Program-made: the position numbers and the translations under genes
The notes under the pieces: generated by a model
Seen by the model: only the letters and a program-made list of their open reading frames with translations
The model's database searches: none
Told to the model about the DNA's origin: nothing
Shown here: positions 13,765-27,481 of the stretch, in pieces
Numbering within the stretch: the first letter of the stretch is position 1
Layout: each line of letters starts with the position of its first letter
Assembly (NCBI GenBank): GCA_051294375.1
Contig: CM119263.1
Location: 17,442,635 to 17,506,634, forward strand
Length of the DNA stretch: 64,000 bases
Source of the DNA: Paraspadella gotoi
Lineage: Eukaryota > Animalia > Chaetognatha
Direction of reading: 5' to 3'

Positions 13765-16700
13765 GGTAGTGGCGCAGCTACTGGTTACGATTGATAGATG
13801 ATTTGATATATACATTTTTTCAATAGTTTATTAAGAAGTCTGTTATGATTGTTATGTTATGATTTGTATGATCTGTTGAGATCAAAAATTGAAAATCATT
13901 TTTGTTTCATATTTTGTTTTTTGGTTTCTGTTCTTCTCTATTATTTCTTGTTTTCTTTTTCCTTTAGAAGATATGACTCTCGCTTCCGCGATGTTTTCTT
14001 TCCTTTCTTAGATTAGTCCCTTTTAAATTTAATTTCGGTTTTTTCCTTTTGTCTAAAGTCTTCCTTTCCTTTTACTTCGCATCCTCCTTTTTCCTTTTTC
14101 TTCTTTTTCACTTATCTTGCATCTTTCCGTTTTTTATTTTCCTTTTTTTGAAGTTTTTTCTTTCCTTTCTTTATCCCTTTCTTCTTTTCGGTCTCTTACC
14201 GAAAATTGATGAAATTCATCAAAGAAAAAAGAAGCTTATCTTCTTTCCATAGAGATATTCAATTTTCTCAAGGATTTTTGCCGCCTAAAAATGGCGGCGC
14301 CATGTTTTCGCGCGTATGGGGAGCAGTGAACAGTTTATAACTTTTTGTGGAGAGAAAAACTTTAAAAAAAAAATAAGGAAAAGAGACAAAAATGCGAAAA
14401 TAAAAACGAAATTCTTTGAAAAAGAAAACTTGAAAAAGATTAGAAAGAAAAAGTTTTTCTTAGAAAGTAAAGCCACCTCGAATACGTAATAAGAAGAGAA
14501 AAATATAAGTTACATGAGAATCGCAGAAAATATAAAAAAAGGAGCCGGAAGCATTAAGTTATATTTAAGAAAACGATGGTTTCACAATGATATCAGAAAT
14601 CTATAAGATTTTTCACTTTCGATCAGTTCTCATAACGCTTAAAATATTAAATTATTTCAGCAAAGGAGAATATTTTTTTGAAATTTTAGCGCCAACTAAC
14701 GTCACGCCCCGCGGTTTTAGTTTTCTGCCCCAAATTCTTTTTTGTCCCTAAAAAAATGCGTAAACTCGCGTCACAAGGCCATCCGGCAAAAAGCCTCCTA
14801 GCGATGAATAAAAACTTCCCATCTGCAAGACTCATACGAGAAAACTTCAACCAGATGGGTTGCTAATTTTTTGTTCTAAACGACAAGCGTAAAAGTTTCG
14901 TCCGATTTTCCGATTTCGAATTTCAACTTTGCGTCGTTTTGCCGACGTCTTCACGCCTTGTTTAATGCTCAATGTTCTTTCTTTTTTTGGTTTTTCTTTC
15001 TTTCTTTCTTCTTCTTGTTTCTTTCTTTCTTTCTTTCTTTCTTCTTCTTTCTTTCTTTCTTTCTTTCTTTCTTTTCTTCCTTTCTTTCCTTCTTCTTTCC
15101 CTTCTTTTCCTACCCGGTCCATTTTTATTTTCGCTAGGCTGAAATACCCGGCGGACGGGCAACCCCCTACAAAAACCTTTCTTCTGTTTTCTGTCTGTCT
15201 GTCTTTGTCTCGCTGTTCACTTTCACACTTTGTCTCCCTACTCTCGTTGTGTGAACACCAAAACTCTTTCTTCGGCGGGTTTAGGAGCGCCGATTTAAAA
15301 GGGAAGAGAGGGGGCGGAAAAGAACGGAATTGTTTTCTGTCTATTTTTTTAAAAAAGTTTTTCGAGAGCGGTATCTCTCGGATAGGCGGCGTGAGCGGGC
15401 GGAAGCGGCCGTGTGTAGGCGGCCAGAGCACGGAGAGAGGAAGAGGAGTTCGTTTGCTGGTTGTATTGCTAACATGTGATAACTCGGAAGATTACATCTC
15501 AAGTTAGGATATCAAGGGTATTGCGAGAGAGAGATGAGGTGAGGAAGAATCAGGGCTTCGTGACGGATTTGTAAAAGTATAAACACAGAGAGTTAGAGCG
15601 CACAGCGAGAGGAGAAGAGGAGTGAGAGAAGAGAGAGGGGACATATAGCACGACAGAAAGTAGAAAGAGGAGAGGATACAAGAAATAGTGTGGTTGGTTG
15701 TTATAGTGAGAGTGAAAACGAGGGCGAGGACAAGGCACATGAGAGAAGAAAAGGACGTTTGATGGATAAGTGTATTAAGTAAATGGAGAAGAGGAGTGAG
15801 AGGGAGAAAATGAGAGAGGCGCGAGATATAACGAGAGAGAAGATTTCATTTGCATGGCACATTGCGAGCAAGAAAAATTAGTGGATAAATGCGGCGCTTA
15901 TTAACAAAGAGAGAATATATAAATCTTGACAGGATAGATAAGTTGTGAAGTATATGAGCATCAAGATAAAAACGTTGACGTGGAAGTTTAGGACCGTTAA
16001 AAATATATTTTTATGTATATGGTTGCTACTGTAAACGAGATAATTCCTCGGGTTTTTGTGTAGCGAGCTCTCTTTAGATCTTTATTGGACTATAAATATA
16101 TTTTTATCTCTTTTTTAGCATCTGGAGAAACAGGAAAGCGTGCTCTTTTAAGAACTCTAGTGTGTTCTCGTCTTTCAGATATAGTTTTGATGAATATCTC
16201 TTTGGAAATGCGTCTTGCTCGAGACCAAGTTCGTGTTATTTTAAACGCGTATCGTTTATGTACGTGTATTGTTAACTTATAGATAAAAGGATTCTTGAAA
16301 GTGTTTCTCAGAAGAGTGTAAGATTATGTGGGTATATATTCTTTTTGTCAAGCATTTGCGACAAAAACGTCTCTCTCTATGCGGAGTTGTGTTGCTTTAA
16401 TGTGAAGTTTTTAATTTCGTCTTGTTGATGTGTACAGAGTGTCGGAAGAGAGAAGAGAAAAGGAGAGGTGCAGATTTTTCTTGTAGTATTTCCAAGTGCT
16501 AGAGCCAAGCGAACTTTATCTCTCCACTCACGTCGCTGATATATGCTGTATAGATCGCGCGCGGCAAACAAGAAACGAAAAGTGCTTCTTTATCAAGCTT
16601 AATGTGTGTGGTTTCATACAAATTCTGGAAAGCGATTCTCGAAGCTTTGTTAAGTGCCTAAAAGTGGAGGAAAGGAGAAATCGTTGGTCTCCCCGATTCG

Positions 16701-19700
16701 TCGCTTAATTCGCACTTTTGTCTTTTGAGTTTTCTGGATTTATTTTTTCCATCAGGAAAGCGCAGAAACCGGCTTGGAGAGAGTGGTTTAGTTAGAGAAA
16801 GCTACATAAAATAGAATGAGAATATCGGTGCAGGAAATTTGACTTTGTTGTTTTGATAAAAAGAATTATTGTAAGATAAACTGGTACATCTCAAACACAC
16901 TCGAGATTTTAAGCAACCTCTTATCCGCTCGGTTAAATATTAGTGAAGTATAAGTAAATGCTAATATAAGAGACGGGTTTAAGCGAATTATTTCGATATT
17001 TGTCCTGCTTAATATGTGTTCTTTGACACAAAATAATGCCGTGTTTTCGCGGTTTTGGTACTTTTTTTTTGTGAAATATTTTCGTTTCTCTACTTTTTGT
17101 ACACTGTGGCCGAGAGGACAAGTTAACAGTTTTATGACATATATAGTGTATATTAAAGTTTAGTTTTTGTGTCTAATATCCTTCTCTCATAAGATATAAA
17201 GAAAGATTAATAGTTACGTTTACTACGCGTTTTATCCATTATCTCTCAGGAATTTGTTATTCCTCACGCTTTTTATTAAAACTTTATTTAACTTCTTAGA
17301 AAGAGAGGTCGAGCGAATCAATTCCTGCTCTCTCCCGCGGTCCGCTGCTTCCTTGTTTAGACTCTTTACCGATATATCGAAAACAAACGTTCGTGCCACG
17401 TTTTATTTCTTTTATACGTTTTCATTCCTCTACGTGTAATTTCTTATTTCTTCTTTTTTATCATGCGAAAAATTATAAATCCGTATTAGAAGGAACATTT
17501 AGACCCTCTGTTTTCTGCTTCATTTTTCAAATGTTTCATGTTATCCTTACAGAGAAAAAAGTCCTTTTCTGGTGTATTTAACCGTGTTTTTCGTATCTAC
17601 TTGAAGTGACCGAGCAAGAGCTATAACTATAAACATTAAAAGAGGAGAAAAATGAAAACCTGAGAAAGAAGATATATGGTATGTTTATCTTAGTCACACA
17701 AACTGACATATGGAGCTAGAAGAGATTCGGCGGATTAATATTCCTGTTATGATTGTGCTCAAGCCCAGATAATTTAATAACTGATCCTGCACACGCAGGA
17801 GCCATATGTTAACATGACCTAAATCTGTAGTGTACTGTTAATTTCGCAGAAGTAATGTGTAACCGATTTTAGTGTCCTCCTCTTTCTTTTTCTCTTCGGA
17901 GAAAATATTAGACTCGCTTACGTTCTCCCGGTGTCTCTTAGCTGAAAATTTTATGTGATTATTGACTCTCTTTTCTGTGGTGACTCGCATTTTGCCGTTG
18001 GCCAGTATCCTTTTACAAGCGATCGAATGCAGCCGGATTCTCAACCGCGAAACTTTCCAGTTTTCATCTTTTTCTCAATATCCTTTTTTTTCCTTTTCCC
18101 AAATCCTGATTTCGTAGCTTTTTAGGCTTTCTCTTTCCTTTTCTGTTCTTTTCTTTTTCTTTCCTTTTGCTTTCTTTCTTTCTTTCTTTTCTTTACTTCT
18201 TTTCTTTCTTTCTTTCTTTTCTTCTTCTTTCTTTCTTTCTTTCTTTCTTTCTTCTTTCTTTTTCTTTCTTTTCTTTATTCGGGAAAAAGCGTATTCTTCT
18301 CGTTTGTTTTTTACTCCACCGTTGTAGTTAGTCTCTTCATTCTCGGTACCAGAATTCATCTGTGCCCCTCCTGCGCGCTTGTAATTTTCATACGTTTTCC
18401 TCTAATCTTGATCTCTCCTCTCTGATCGCTTCTTTAGACTTTCTAGACGTAATTAGCAGCCTCGTCAAATCTCCTCATACTCAGGGTCCGTTTTTTTTAG
18501 TATTTTTTACACTTTCGCGGATAACCACCAACATGCCTCTCACACCCTCCTCTCGCGCCGGCTCCTCTCTCTCTTTACTCCTAAGAATTTTTATTTTTTT
18601 TTTACATTGAAAAGAAAATTGTTTTCTGAGTTATCTCTTAAATTTTTGTATATTTTATTTTTTTTTAAGAGTTCATATTTCTTCTTCCTACAGAAAGAAA
18701 AAAGTCGTTTGTCTTGTGCCTCGCTAGTTAAGTTTTAATCCACTAATCCTCATTGAGGAGGACGAGAGGAAATCTTCTTTCATGTGTGAAAAGCTTAGCC
18801 AGTGTTCAGAGAAATAAATTTTAATTTGAGGAATGTAAAAGAAATTGCCCCCAAACTGGAAAGAGAGAGAAGTGGAGACAACAAAAATAAAAGAGAGGAA
18901 ATTTTGTTGTTGTTATTGAAAGAGAGAGAGAGAGGAAAGAGAGAGAGAGAGAAAAAGAAGCCATATAAGAAATTTTTTGTACATTGAAAAAATTATAATC
19001 CCTATTAACAAAATATATAGTTGAAAAAACTCAGATAACGACTATGATATTTTTGACTTCCAAATAATCAATAATAATATCGCGTTATCGCGTTATTTAG
19101 GTCATGTTCTTGACATTGGTTTACTTCGTTTTCTTCGCAACGGCCACGAAAATCCAGGTAAAGAGAAAAAAAGCGCGGAATAAAATGGTATAATAAAAGT
19201 TTTTAGAAAGGAAAAAAAAATAATCAGAGAGAGACAGAGAGAGAGAGAAATAAAAGAAAAACCGTATGGAGAAAGCGATGGCCTTTTTATTCGCGTATAA
19301 TTGTTTAGTTCGTTTAGATTGATAGAATCATTTGTTTCGTTTGAATATCTGAATTTACTCTTCCCCGCGATCAGCTGTTGCGAGAGGCTAACGAAACGAG
19401 CGTGTTTCAGTTTTATCTTCACAATCTTTTACTCTCAATTCAAACACGTGTGTAAAAATGAAAAAGGAAAATACTTTTAAAATAATGTTTTTGTGCTATA
19501 AAAGCTGCCAATGTTTTATTCTCTATTCTGGAACCCAAATGAAGGTTAGTTTACATTGGATTTTATATTGAATTGTACTTAGGTTTATATATGTTACTTA
19601 TAAGTTTAAGGTTTAAAGGTTATACTAATTAGCATGTCTATTTTTTGTAGTTTTAACTTGCCTCACACTTGCCTCTCCTTGAACACCACACCTCTCCTTC

Positions 19701-21252
19701 TTGCCTACCTGTCCTTCTACATTGCTATACCATGAATATTTGTACCTGAGATTGGAAATTGTATTATCTCAAAATGTGGTTACTATTTCTGCTTTATTAC
19801 ATGGTTCTAAGAATACAAGGTTATAGTTAAGGTGTTTTACATTTTAGAACTGTTTGGTTTTCCAAAGATACTTATTTGAGAGCAGTTGAACACGGATTGA
19901 ATTCAATAATTAATTAGGGCACGAATTAGGGCACTCTAGAAGAATAGAGATGAAACTTAGATTTGTTTATACTTGCGATAATCTCGGATTATCTAGGTCC
20001 GCGCGTTAAGAAGCGCTTCAGTTTTAAAACTTCAACATTTCTGAGTGCCAGTATGTGGCTTCAATTTTCCTGTGCCTCATTTAATTTACTTGGTTATTAC
20101 CAAGCTTCGGTTTTATGATTAAGCTTTAAGCTTACTGATGTTGTTGCTTTATTGTTCTTCAACCCCAGTAGTCTCCACTATTACTACAACGAGGGTAAAA
20201 AATTAAAACGTGGGGATATATTAAAATCATTATTGAGGTCTTACTTTCATTTGAGATTGGCAATAAATAACAAAAATTTCGAATTAGACGTCGTGATTAA
20301 TGGAGTTTTCGTCATGTGTTGAACTCGACCGAAATTGTAAAATTTGCTAAATTTGCTTCCTCTGTAAAAATCACGTATTGCATTTAATTTGTTTGAATAT
20401 GTACTAAAAGAGTGATGCCGGAATGATTGAGAAGCCTTCATCAACACAAAAAAAATTTAATATTAAAAGATTTCTGTAATATTTACTTTTTGGGTTGGGT
20501 CGGTCAGTCTGCATATCCGTCCGTGGTCTGTCCCCCTAAAATTTTTAAATGGCACATAACTCGGGTTAATATCAAATAAACTTAGTTCATATTTGGTGGG
20601 AGGTTTAAGTCACCATAAGACCTTTAAATGTTTCATATGCATCATACTTGAGTTACGTGATCACTTAATAAACTAAATCATTTTAATTGTTGGACATAAA
20701 CTTTTTTGTCAAATGTTGGATTGTAAAACAAACTTATTTCGTTCGTGATTAATCAATAAAACCTTACTTATGATTATGATTAATTATCATTAATCATTGT
20801 TTGTTATCTTGTATTATCATTTTCTTCTCATACAGATCACGTGATACAATAACTGATTAGACGGTAACGGTTTTTTTTTATTTATATCATATTTTTAAGT
20901 TTGTTTACTATAAGCCTTTCTAATGATTTATGAGACTTTTTTCAAGTAAAGCAAATGTTTCTGTCCAATGAATTTATTATAGAGACAGCAAAAATCTTGA
21001 TTTACTCTTATAAAATAATTCAGACAGAAGGGCCCTGAACGTATAAACATTTTTAAGTACAAAAATAAACAATTGGACCAATATCTTTTTCACGACAATA
21101 AAAATAAAAAAATGAAATTATTTGAAGTTCAACGAGTTTTATTATTAAGACATGTTTTGCCCTTTAATGTTAAAGCCGTCATCAGCTTAAAAAAAAAAAA
21201 AGAATTTAAATTTTGATAATGGAAATAAAATGAAAGGAAAACAAACAAGAAT

Positions 21253-22138
21253 TCTTCTCTATTATTTTCTTGTTTTCTTTTTCCTTTAGAAGATATGACT
21301 CTCGCTTCCGCGATGTTTTCCTTTCCTTCTCTTAGACTTAGTTCCCCTTTTAAATTTAATTTTCGGTTTTTCTTTTGTCTAAAGTCTCCTTTCCTTTTTA
21401 CTTCGCATCCTTCCTTTTTTTTCCTTTTTTCTTGTTTTTCACTTATCTTGCATCTTTCCATTTTTTTATTTTCCTTTTTTTGAAGTTTTTTCTTTCCTCT
21501 TTCTTATCCCTTTCTTCTTTTCGGTCTCTTACCGAAAAATTGATGAAATTCATCAAAGAAAGAAGCTTATCTTCTTTTCCATAGAGATATTCAATTTTCT
21601 CAAGGATTTTTTGCCGCCTAAAAATGGCGGCGCCATGTTTTCGCGCGTATGGGAGCAGTGAACAGTTTATAACTTTTTGTGGCAGAGAAAAACTTTAAAA
21701 AAAAAATAAGGAAANNNNNNNNNNAAACATAAATCGTATATATTTTAATGTTCATTATTATGTTTCCGTTTTACGTTTCGCTTCAACTGTCGTCAGGCGA
21801 CGGAGATTCGATGAGAATTTATTAACTCGAGCCCTAAATCGGCGCCGCTCGAACCGGCGATGGAACCGGCCTCGTTTTAACGGGAGTTTCAGCGTCGCTT
21901 CCGATCGCGAAATTGACGTCATTTCCGAGCGACGTTATTTTTTAGGGGCGTAATTTTGAAGGGAGCGTCATTTATGAGGGTGTCACTGCGGCGGCGGAGG
22001 CGGCGGAGGCGGCATCGCTTCGCAGCTGCGTCTTCCTCGAATAGAAACTCATTTCCGTCCACAAAAAAAAAGAGCAACTAAAGTGTTTTACATATTTTGT
22101 TTTCAGTCGGATCTGCTTATCAGCAGATTCCGACTCTA
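21253..22138 (+). repeat. Two further copies of block segments in swapped order
   Basis: 21253-21714 matches 13931-14380; after a 10-N gap, 21725-22138 matches 12252-12672. Confidence 0.85.
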
Positions 22139-23298
22139 NNNNNNNNNNNNNNNNNNNNNNNNNCGCAAACCGTAGGGTCTTTCGCTAATTACTCTTGAGA
22201 CACGGTAGCTGCCGCCCTCTTGAGCTCTGAGCAGCGAGCAAACAGATCCTTCATGTCAGGGAACTGGCGTTCGGAAATATTTTGGTTCGGATTTCCAGAC
22301 GATAGAGATCTTAGAGATAAAATAAACATGAATGATGAGATTGATATACTGTAATACTAATTTTTTACTCCCCTTTTACAATCTTATTATCAACATTTGT
22401 TGAATTTAACCTATTAGTTAAATTGGGGCAGCCTGGAATCTATTTAGATTTGAAAAGTTGTCTTTACGCACATCTGTCCTTTCTCGTTTATGCCATGACA
22501 TTCTCTCCACGAGCCTTAAGACAAGGCCGCCGTCGGACGCGACGACGACGACGACGACGATATGACGAACGACGACGATTTTCGCTTATTTGATTAAAAA
22601 AAAGAAGAAAGAAGGAAGCTGAGAAAAGCTGAAAAAAAGAAGCTAAAAATAGAAGAAAGAGATAAAGGGAACTTCCGTCGCCCATTTTGAAAATTCGGAA
22701 GGGAAATTTGTTCTGTACCGAGATCGACGCAAACGAACCCAAAACAAGGAAATCGCTGGGAGGATTAATGTCTTCGGCGAATACGTTCAAATATTAAAAA
22801 AAAAAAACTTAATCTCAACACAAGCAAGACTCGAACAGCCACGGGACAGCACTCGAAAGAAAGAAGAATACGAAGAAGAACACAAAAAAAAAACTTCACA
22901 ACAAAAAGATGCGGATTCACATAAAGTAAGAAAAAAAAAAGGCCACGAAAACAAACCCACAACAAAGTCGAATCTAAAAAAAATAAATTATTCCTTGGAT
23001 CTGGAAAATGATGTTTTGAATGTTTTGATTCTTCTCTCACCCTTCTCTGCCTGCAACCGAATAAAAAACAACAAAATAACGAGGTACTTGCGTAAAAAGA
23101 AAAAATAAAAGAAAATAATAACAAAAACTCTCGAAATCCTCCAAATAGGAAAAGATGGAGTAGATCAACGCCCTGACCTTTTATTTTCATTTCATTCGTC
23201 GTTTATTTGAAGCGCGGGAAAAAAAAACAAGAGATTTTGTGGATGAGAATTTGATTGTTTTTTCGCTTTGTTCTAATTATCGATCGATCGGCAGTTAG

Positions 23299-23984
23299 AT
23301 GATCGCTGCCCGCGCGCGCGCTAGAACTCGTCAGCCCCAGACCAAAAACCACGACGACGACGACAACCGACGACGCAAAAAAAACGTTATAAAGAGGAAC
23401 AAGCTTCCGAATCTCCCGAAAGAAAGAACAGAAATAACGAACGTGTACGAACAAAGTCGGCGCGAAAAAAATCGGGAGCAAACTTAGACGAGACTCGTTT
23501 GCCAACGAACTTCGCAAGAATGAGCAACCATCTGAACGAGAGGCTCCTCCACTTAAACAGCAACGCAACCATCAACCCGATCAAACCCCATCAACCCCAT
23601 CACCTCACCAAACAAACGCACCTCTCTCCCGTCGCTCTTCCTTCCTCAATCTCCCCCGCGCGCCGCTAGTTTCGAAGCAAATTCCGCGCCCACGACGGCC
23701 GATCGACGGCGCCCACGACGCCGCTTGGCCGATTGCGCGCCGCTTTGACGCCAACGTTCGGCGATACAAGACGCCCGAAGATTTTTTGGAAACGACCGCC
23801 GACGACGGACGACGGAAACGACGACGTTTCTGACGAGGTGACGACGAATTGACGAAGAAGCGGACGATGGAGACGACGAACGACGACGACGACGACGATG
23901 AGACGACGACGGGGTGCTGAAGTGGACCTCGTCGCCGATCTTCGACGATTTCTGGAATTCGACCAAAGGCGTCGCCTCTGTCGA
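23299..23984 (+). pseudogene. Frameshifted second copy of exon B (likely uncorrected long-read sequence, not a true pseudogene)
   Basis: Colinear with 7896-8552 with many 1-bp indels; retains the GTAAGA donor at 23985. Confidence 0.8.
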
Positions 23985-25051
23985 GTAAGAAAGGAATCCT
24001 TTGTCGACGCTTTCGTCGTTCGTTTTCGTTGTCTCTTATGTATCTTACGTCTTTTCATTCGTCCGAATCGTCGTCAGCTTCTGTTCGTTCGTCGTCATTT
24101 CTCAAACTTGTCGTTCGTCGAGTTTCTTTAAACGGAATGATATCTATCCGTTAATTCGCAAGGGCGTAAACCGTCGTAATTGACAATTTTTCGTATATTT
24201 TCTTAGCTGTAGGCCGTATTTTGTTGTCTGATTTTTAATGTTCGTCACCCACAACAAAGCGCGTTAGTTAGAGGTTCTGCGCAGGCCGAACACTCGATTG
24301 AGTTTACATTTCGCGTTTTTTCTTTCAAAAAAAAAAGAAAAAAAAAGAAAAAGAAAATCTCTTTTCGCGATTCGCATTCATGTGGTTTATTCTTCTTCTC
24401 TCTTCTTTTTTCCTTTCTGTTTTTTTTTTTTTTAATTTACGTTTCCGTCGGAATTCTCGAATGAACGCACTCGTTCATTTACTCGCATTAGTGATTGCTT
24501 CATTCAATCTTTTAATACATTCATTTCGCTAGATTATCATTTCAACTATTTCCTTTTTTTATTTTTCCATTCATTCCTTTTCTTACATACAACTTCTCAT
24601 TTCGTTTGTTCCGTTCAACCCCGCATTCATCCATCACAGAATAACACGTTCATAGATTCATTTTTGACTTTTTGTCTGGACATCAATGCGAATCTTTTTT
24701 AAAATTTCAAAAGAAAAAAAAAGAATTCTTTTAATTTCACTCGTTTTCTCCGTCATCGTCATTAGCGACCGCAACCATTGAATCAGAATTCGTAAGGCAT
24801 ATAATTATACCCTGCTATTCAATCCGTCATGGTGACCTTAACGAAAAATTTATCACATAGGCCTGTCCGTGCGACTTTAGACACGAGACATATTAAAATC
24901 GTGTCAAAATCCTACTTTTCCTGCAACGGATTTGTCGTATCGATTGCGCTATCATTTCCAGACTCAGCCTTTCATGCGCACGTCCGGTTATTAATTCGAT
25001 CAGCTCACTTCATTAATCTTTATATATACACACACACACACCACACACACT

Positions 25052-25103
<52 letters not shown>

Positions 25104-26100
25104 TCTCTCTTCTCCTCTCTCTCTCTTTTTTGTTTTTTCGTTTTCGTCTCCCTCTCTGATCTTCCTATTTCTCAATCTTAATCCACATCGTTTGTTTCTG
25201 TGGGTTTTATTTCTATTAATTATTCACTTTCATTTCGGCCTTATTCTTCTCTTTGGATCTTTTCTCATTTTTCTTTCTTTCCTCTTCTAATCGAAATTTG
25301 TCACATGATTCCCGTAAATATCGGGCATTGCTTTCACTGTCACAACATTCCCCTCACTTATAGTTATATTAACGGAATACAAAATATTTTAATAATCTCT
25401 CTCTCTCTCTCTTTCTCACTCGCTCTGTCTCTCCTTCTTATACCATAGGTTTGCCCTTTACTAACAAAGTCGTAATGTCGATTGCGGAACCGCAAATTTG
25501 GCAAAATGTAAACAATAACAATAAGATAAACATTATTTATTATAAAAAGTAATTGCGTACAAGTACTTTATTTGTGAAGAAGCACTTGTGAAAGAATTGA
25601 ATTTTTGCATGATTTATGAACCACAAACGTTAAAGTTTAAATAAAGAGTTGATTTTAACAAAAGATATTCGACAATAATTAAATCTCTTCAGGTATTTCA
25701 TAATAAAATGTATTACAACCACACCGTCGGCAACCATGTTACGAAATCTAATGATCCGAGGAATTTTAATTTGTAGCAAATGAAGGAGGAAAGAAACCCA
25801 GCTTACTTTATTTTAAAAATTAATCGAGGCGTCCACGCGGTATTTCCACGACGCCACTCGTTACGCTTTTACGTCAGTGACGTTTGGAACTAAATTAATT
25901 TTTACCACTTGGAGAAATGCTTGCTTCACATTTTCCATTGCACCGATCTTGCACAGGGACTAATTTTTTTTAAAGGACATATATACATATACGACCTTCA
26001 ACTAAGATTTCCATCCTCATCATTAACATTGACTGCTTTTCTCCGCCCCCATCCCAACGCTCTCTTCCTTCCCCAACGACCCATCTCCCGCGGCCCCAAG

Positions 26101-26237
26101 GAGGAAGACGACGTTTCATTCTCCTACCGTCACGCCGGACAAAACGGCCGCGTTGCCCCGCGGGTTGGGCGGTCCCGCCCCCCTTCGCGGGCTTCGGGGG
26201 GTCACCCCGACCGAAACGGAGCATCGGGACTGAAACG
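26101..26237 (+). pseudogene. Frameshifted second copy of exon 10553-10685
   Basis: ccccaag|gaggaagacgacg...gaaacg|gtgag; colinear with 10553-10685 apart from small indels. Confidence 0.8.
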
Positions 26238-26525
26238 GTGAGGCCCAGGGCGGTGTCGGAGGGGGAGAGAAGCAGGGGAAGAGGGGGCCGGTTTCGATTA
26301 GATGATATCAATTTTATTCAACGATTTCTTTTAATTTTGTTTCAATATAATGATTTTATCGTCAAACGAAAGATTCGTAAACAAAAATAACAACCGATGG
26401 CGCTGACGATATCATTCTCGTCAATTACGACGACATGACGAAGATGCAGGCGACGACGCTTCTGCTTAACAATTGGCAAGGTTCCCGGAAACTCTCTCTC
26501 TCTCTCTCTCTCCTCTCTCTCTCCT

Positions 26526-26573
<48 letters not shown>

Positions 26574-26644
26574 ATCTGTATCTCTCTCTCTTCTCAACAA
26601 GGAGTGCTCCTTACGTCGCCGAAGTGATAGGAGTTTAAAATTTT

Positions 26645-26714
<70 letters not shown>

Positions 26715-27481
26715 AGGTGGTCGTTCACCTATCGCGATTCGTGCAATAAAGATGTCTTTGATTGATTAATATTTTTCTTAATATTTCTGCGCCTTTTCTT
26801 ACAAACTTTCACTCCTCTCTCGACACCAATGAAGCAATAATCCTTTTCCAGATCACAATTCACCAATAGCCTGCAAGTCAGTAACAGACGCGCCCCACGA
26901 TTGAATCTCATTGCCTTGAAGCCTGATGAGAAATAACGACGACAACACAACGACGACGACAACGACGACCGACGCGGCCATCGACGACGACGACGACGAC
27001 CACAAGCGCTTCCTTGTCGCGGGTTATCTGCCCTTCCGTTTAAACGGTGTCTCCTTTATTCGATCTAACAACGACAACAACGAATAAAACAAAAAATAAC
27101 AACAACAAAGAGCAGGCAATTGCGTCCGCAACTCAAACAACAGTGTGTTTTTCTGATAGAAGGACGACAACAACAAAAGGCCAACAACCAATGTTAACGA
27201 AAATAATTCAAAATGACGTCAAGTTTTCCTCAGAAAACAAAAAACCGTGACAAACCATACGAAGACCAAAACATCAGCCCTGTTAGAGAACTAGTGAAAC
27301 CGAAAAAAATGTCCGTGACGATTTCGGGTTTTAAGGACAAAGAATTTCGGAGAAAGCTAGCAGACTAGTCTATGACTCAGGGTTGATGTCGTTATATAAA
27401 AAAATTATATCCAACACTTTACATTAAAGGCAGTCATTTGTTAAAAACATAAATCGTATATATAATGTTCATTATTATGTT

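Larger units (their letters stand above)
6796..19400 (+). repeat. First copy of a large duplicated block (second copy ~22164-38100)
   Basis: 6796-11878 matches 22164-27396; 12207-15430 matches 27397-27481 plus 32429-35800; 15430-~19400 is a very noisy, expanded match to ~35800-38100 (e.g. ggccagtatccttttacaagcgatcgaatgcagccgg at ~18000 and ~37290). Right end approximate. Confidence 0.85.

Noticed and set aside
14847-15507. KERK-, FFLS- and SLSL-rich ORFs here and throughout the window
   Set aside because: Translations of (TTTC)n and (CT)n microsatellites.
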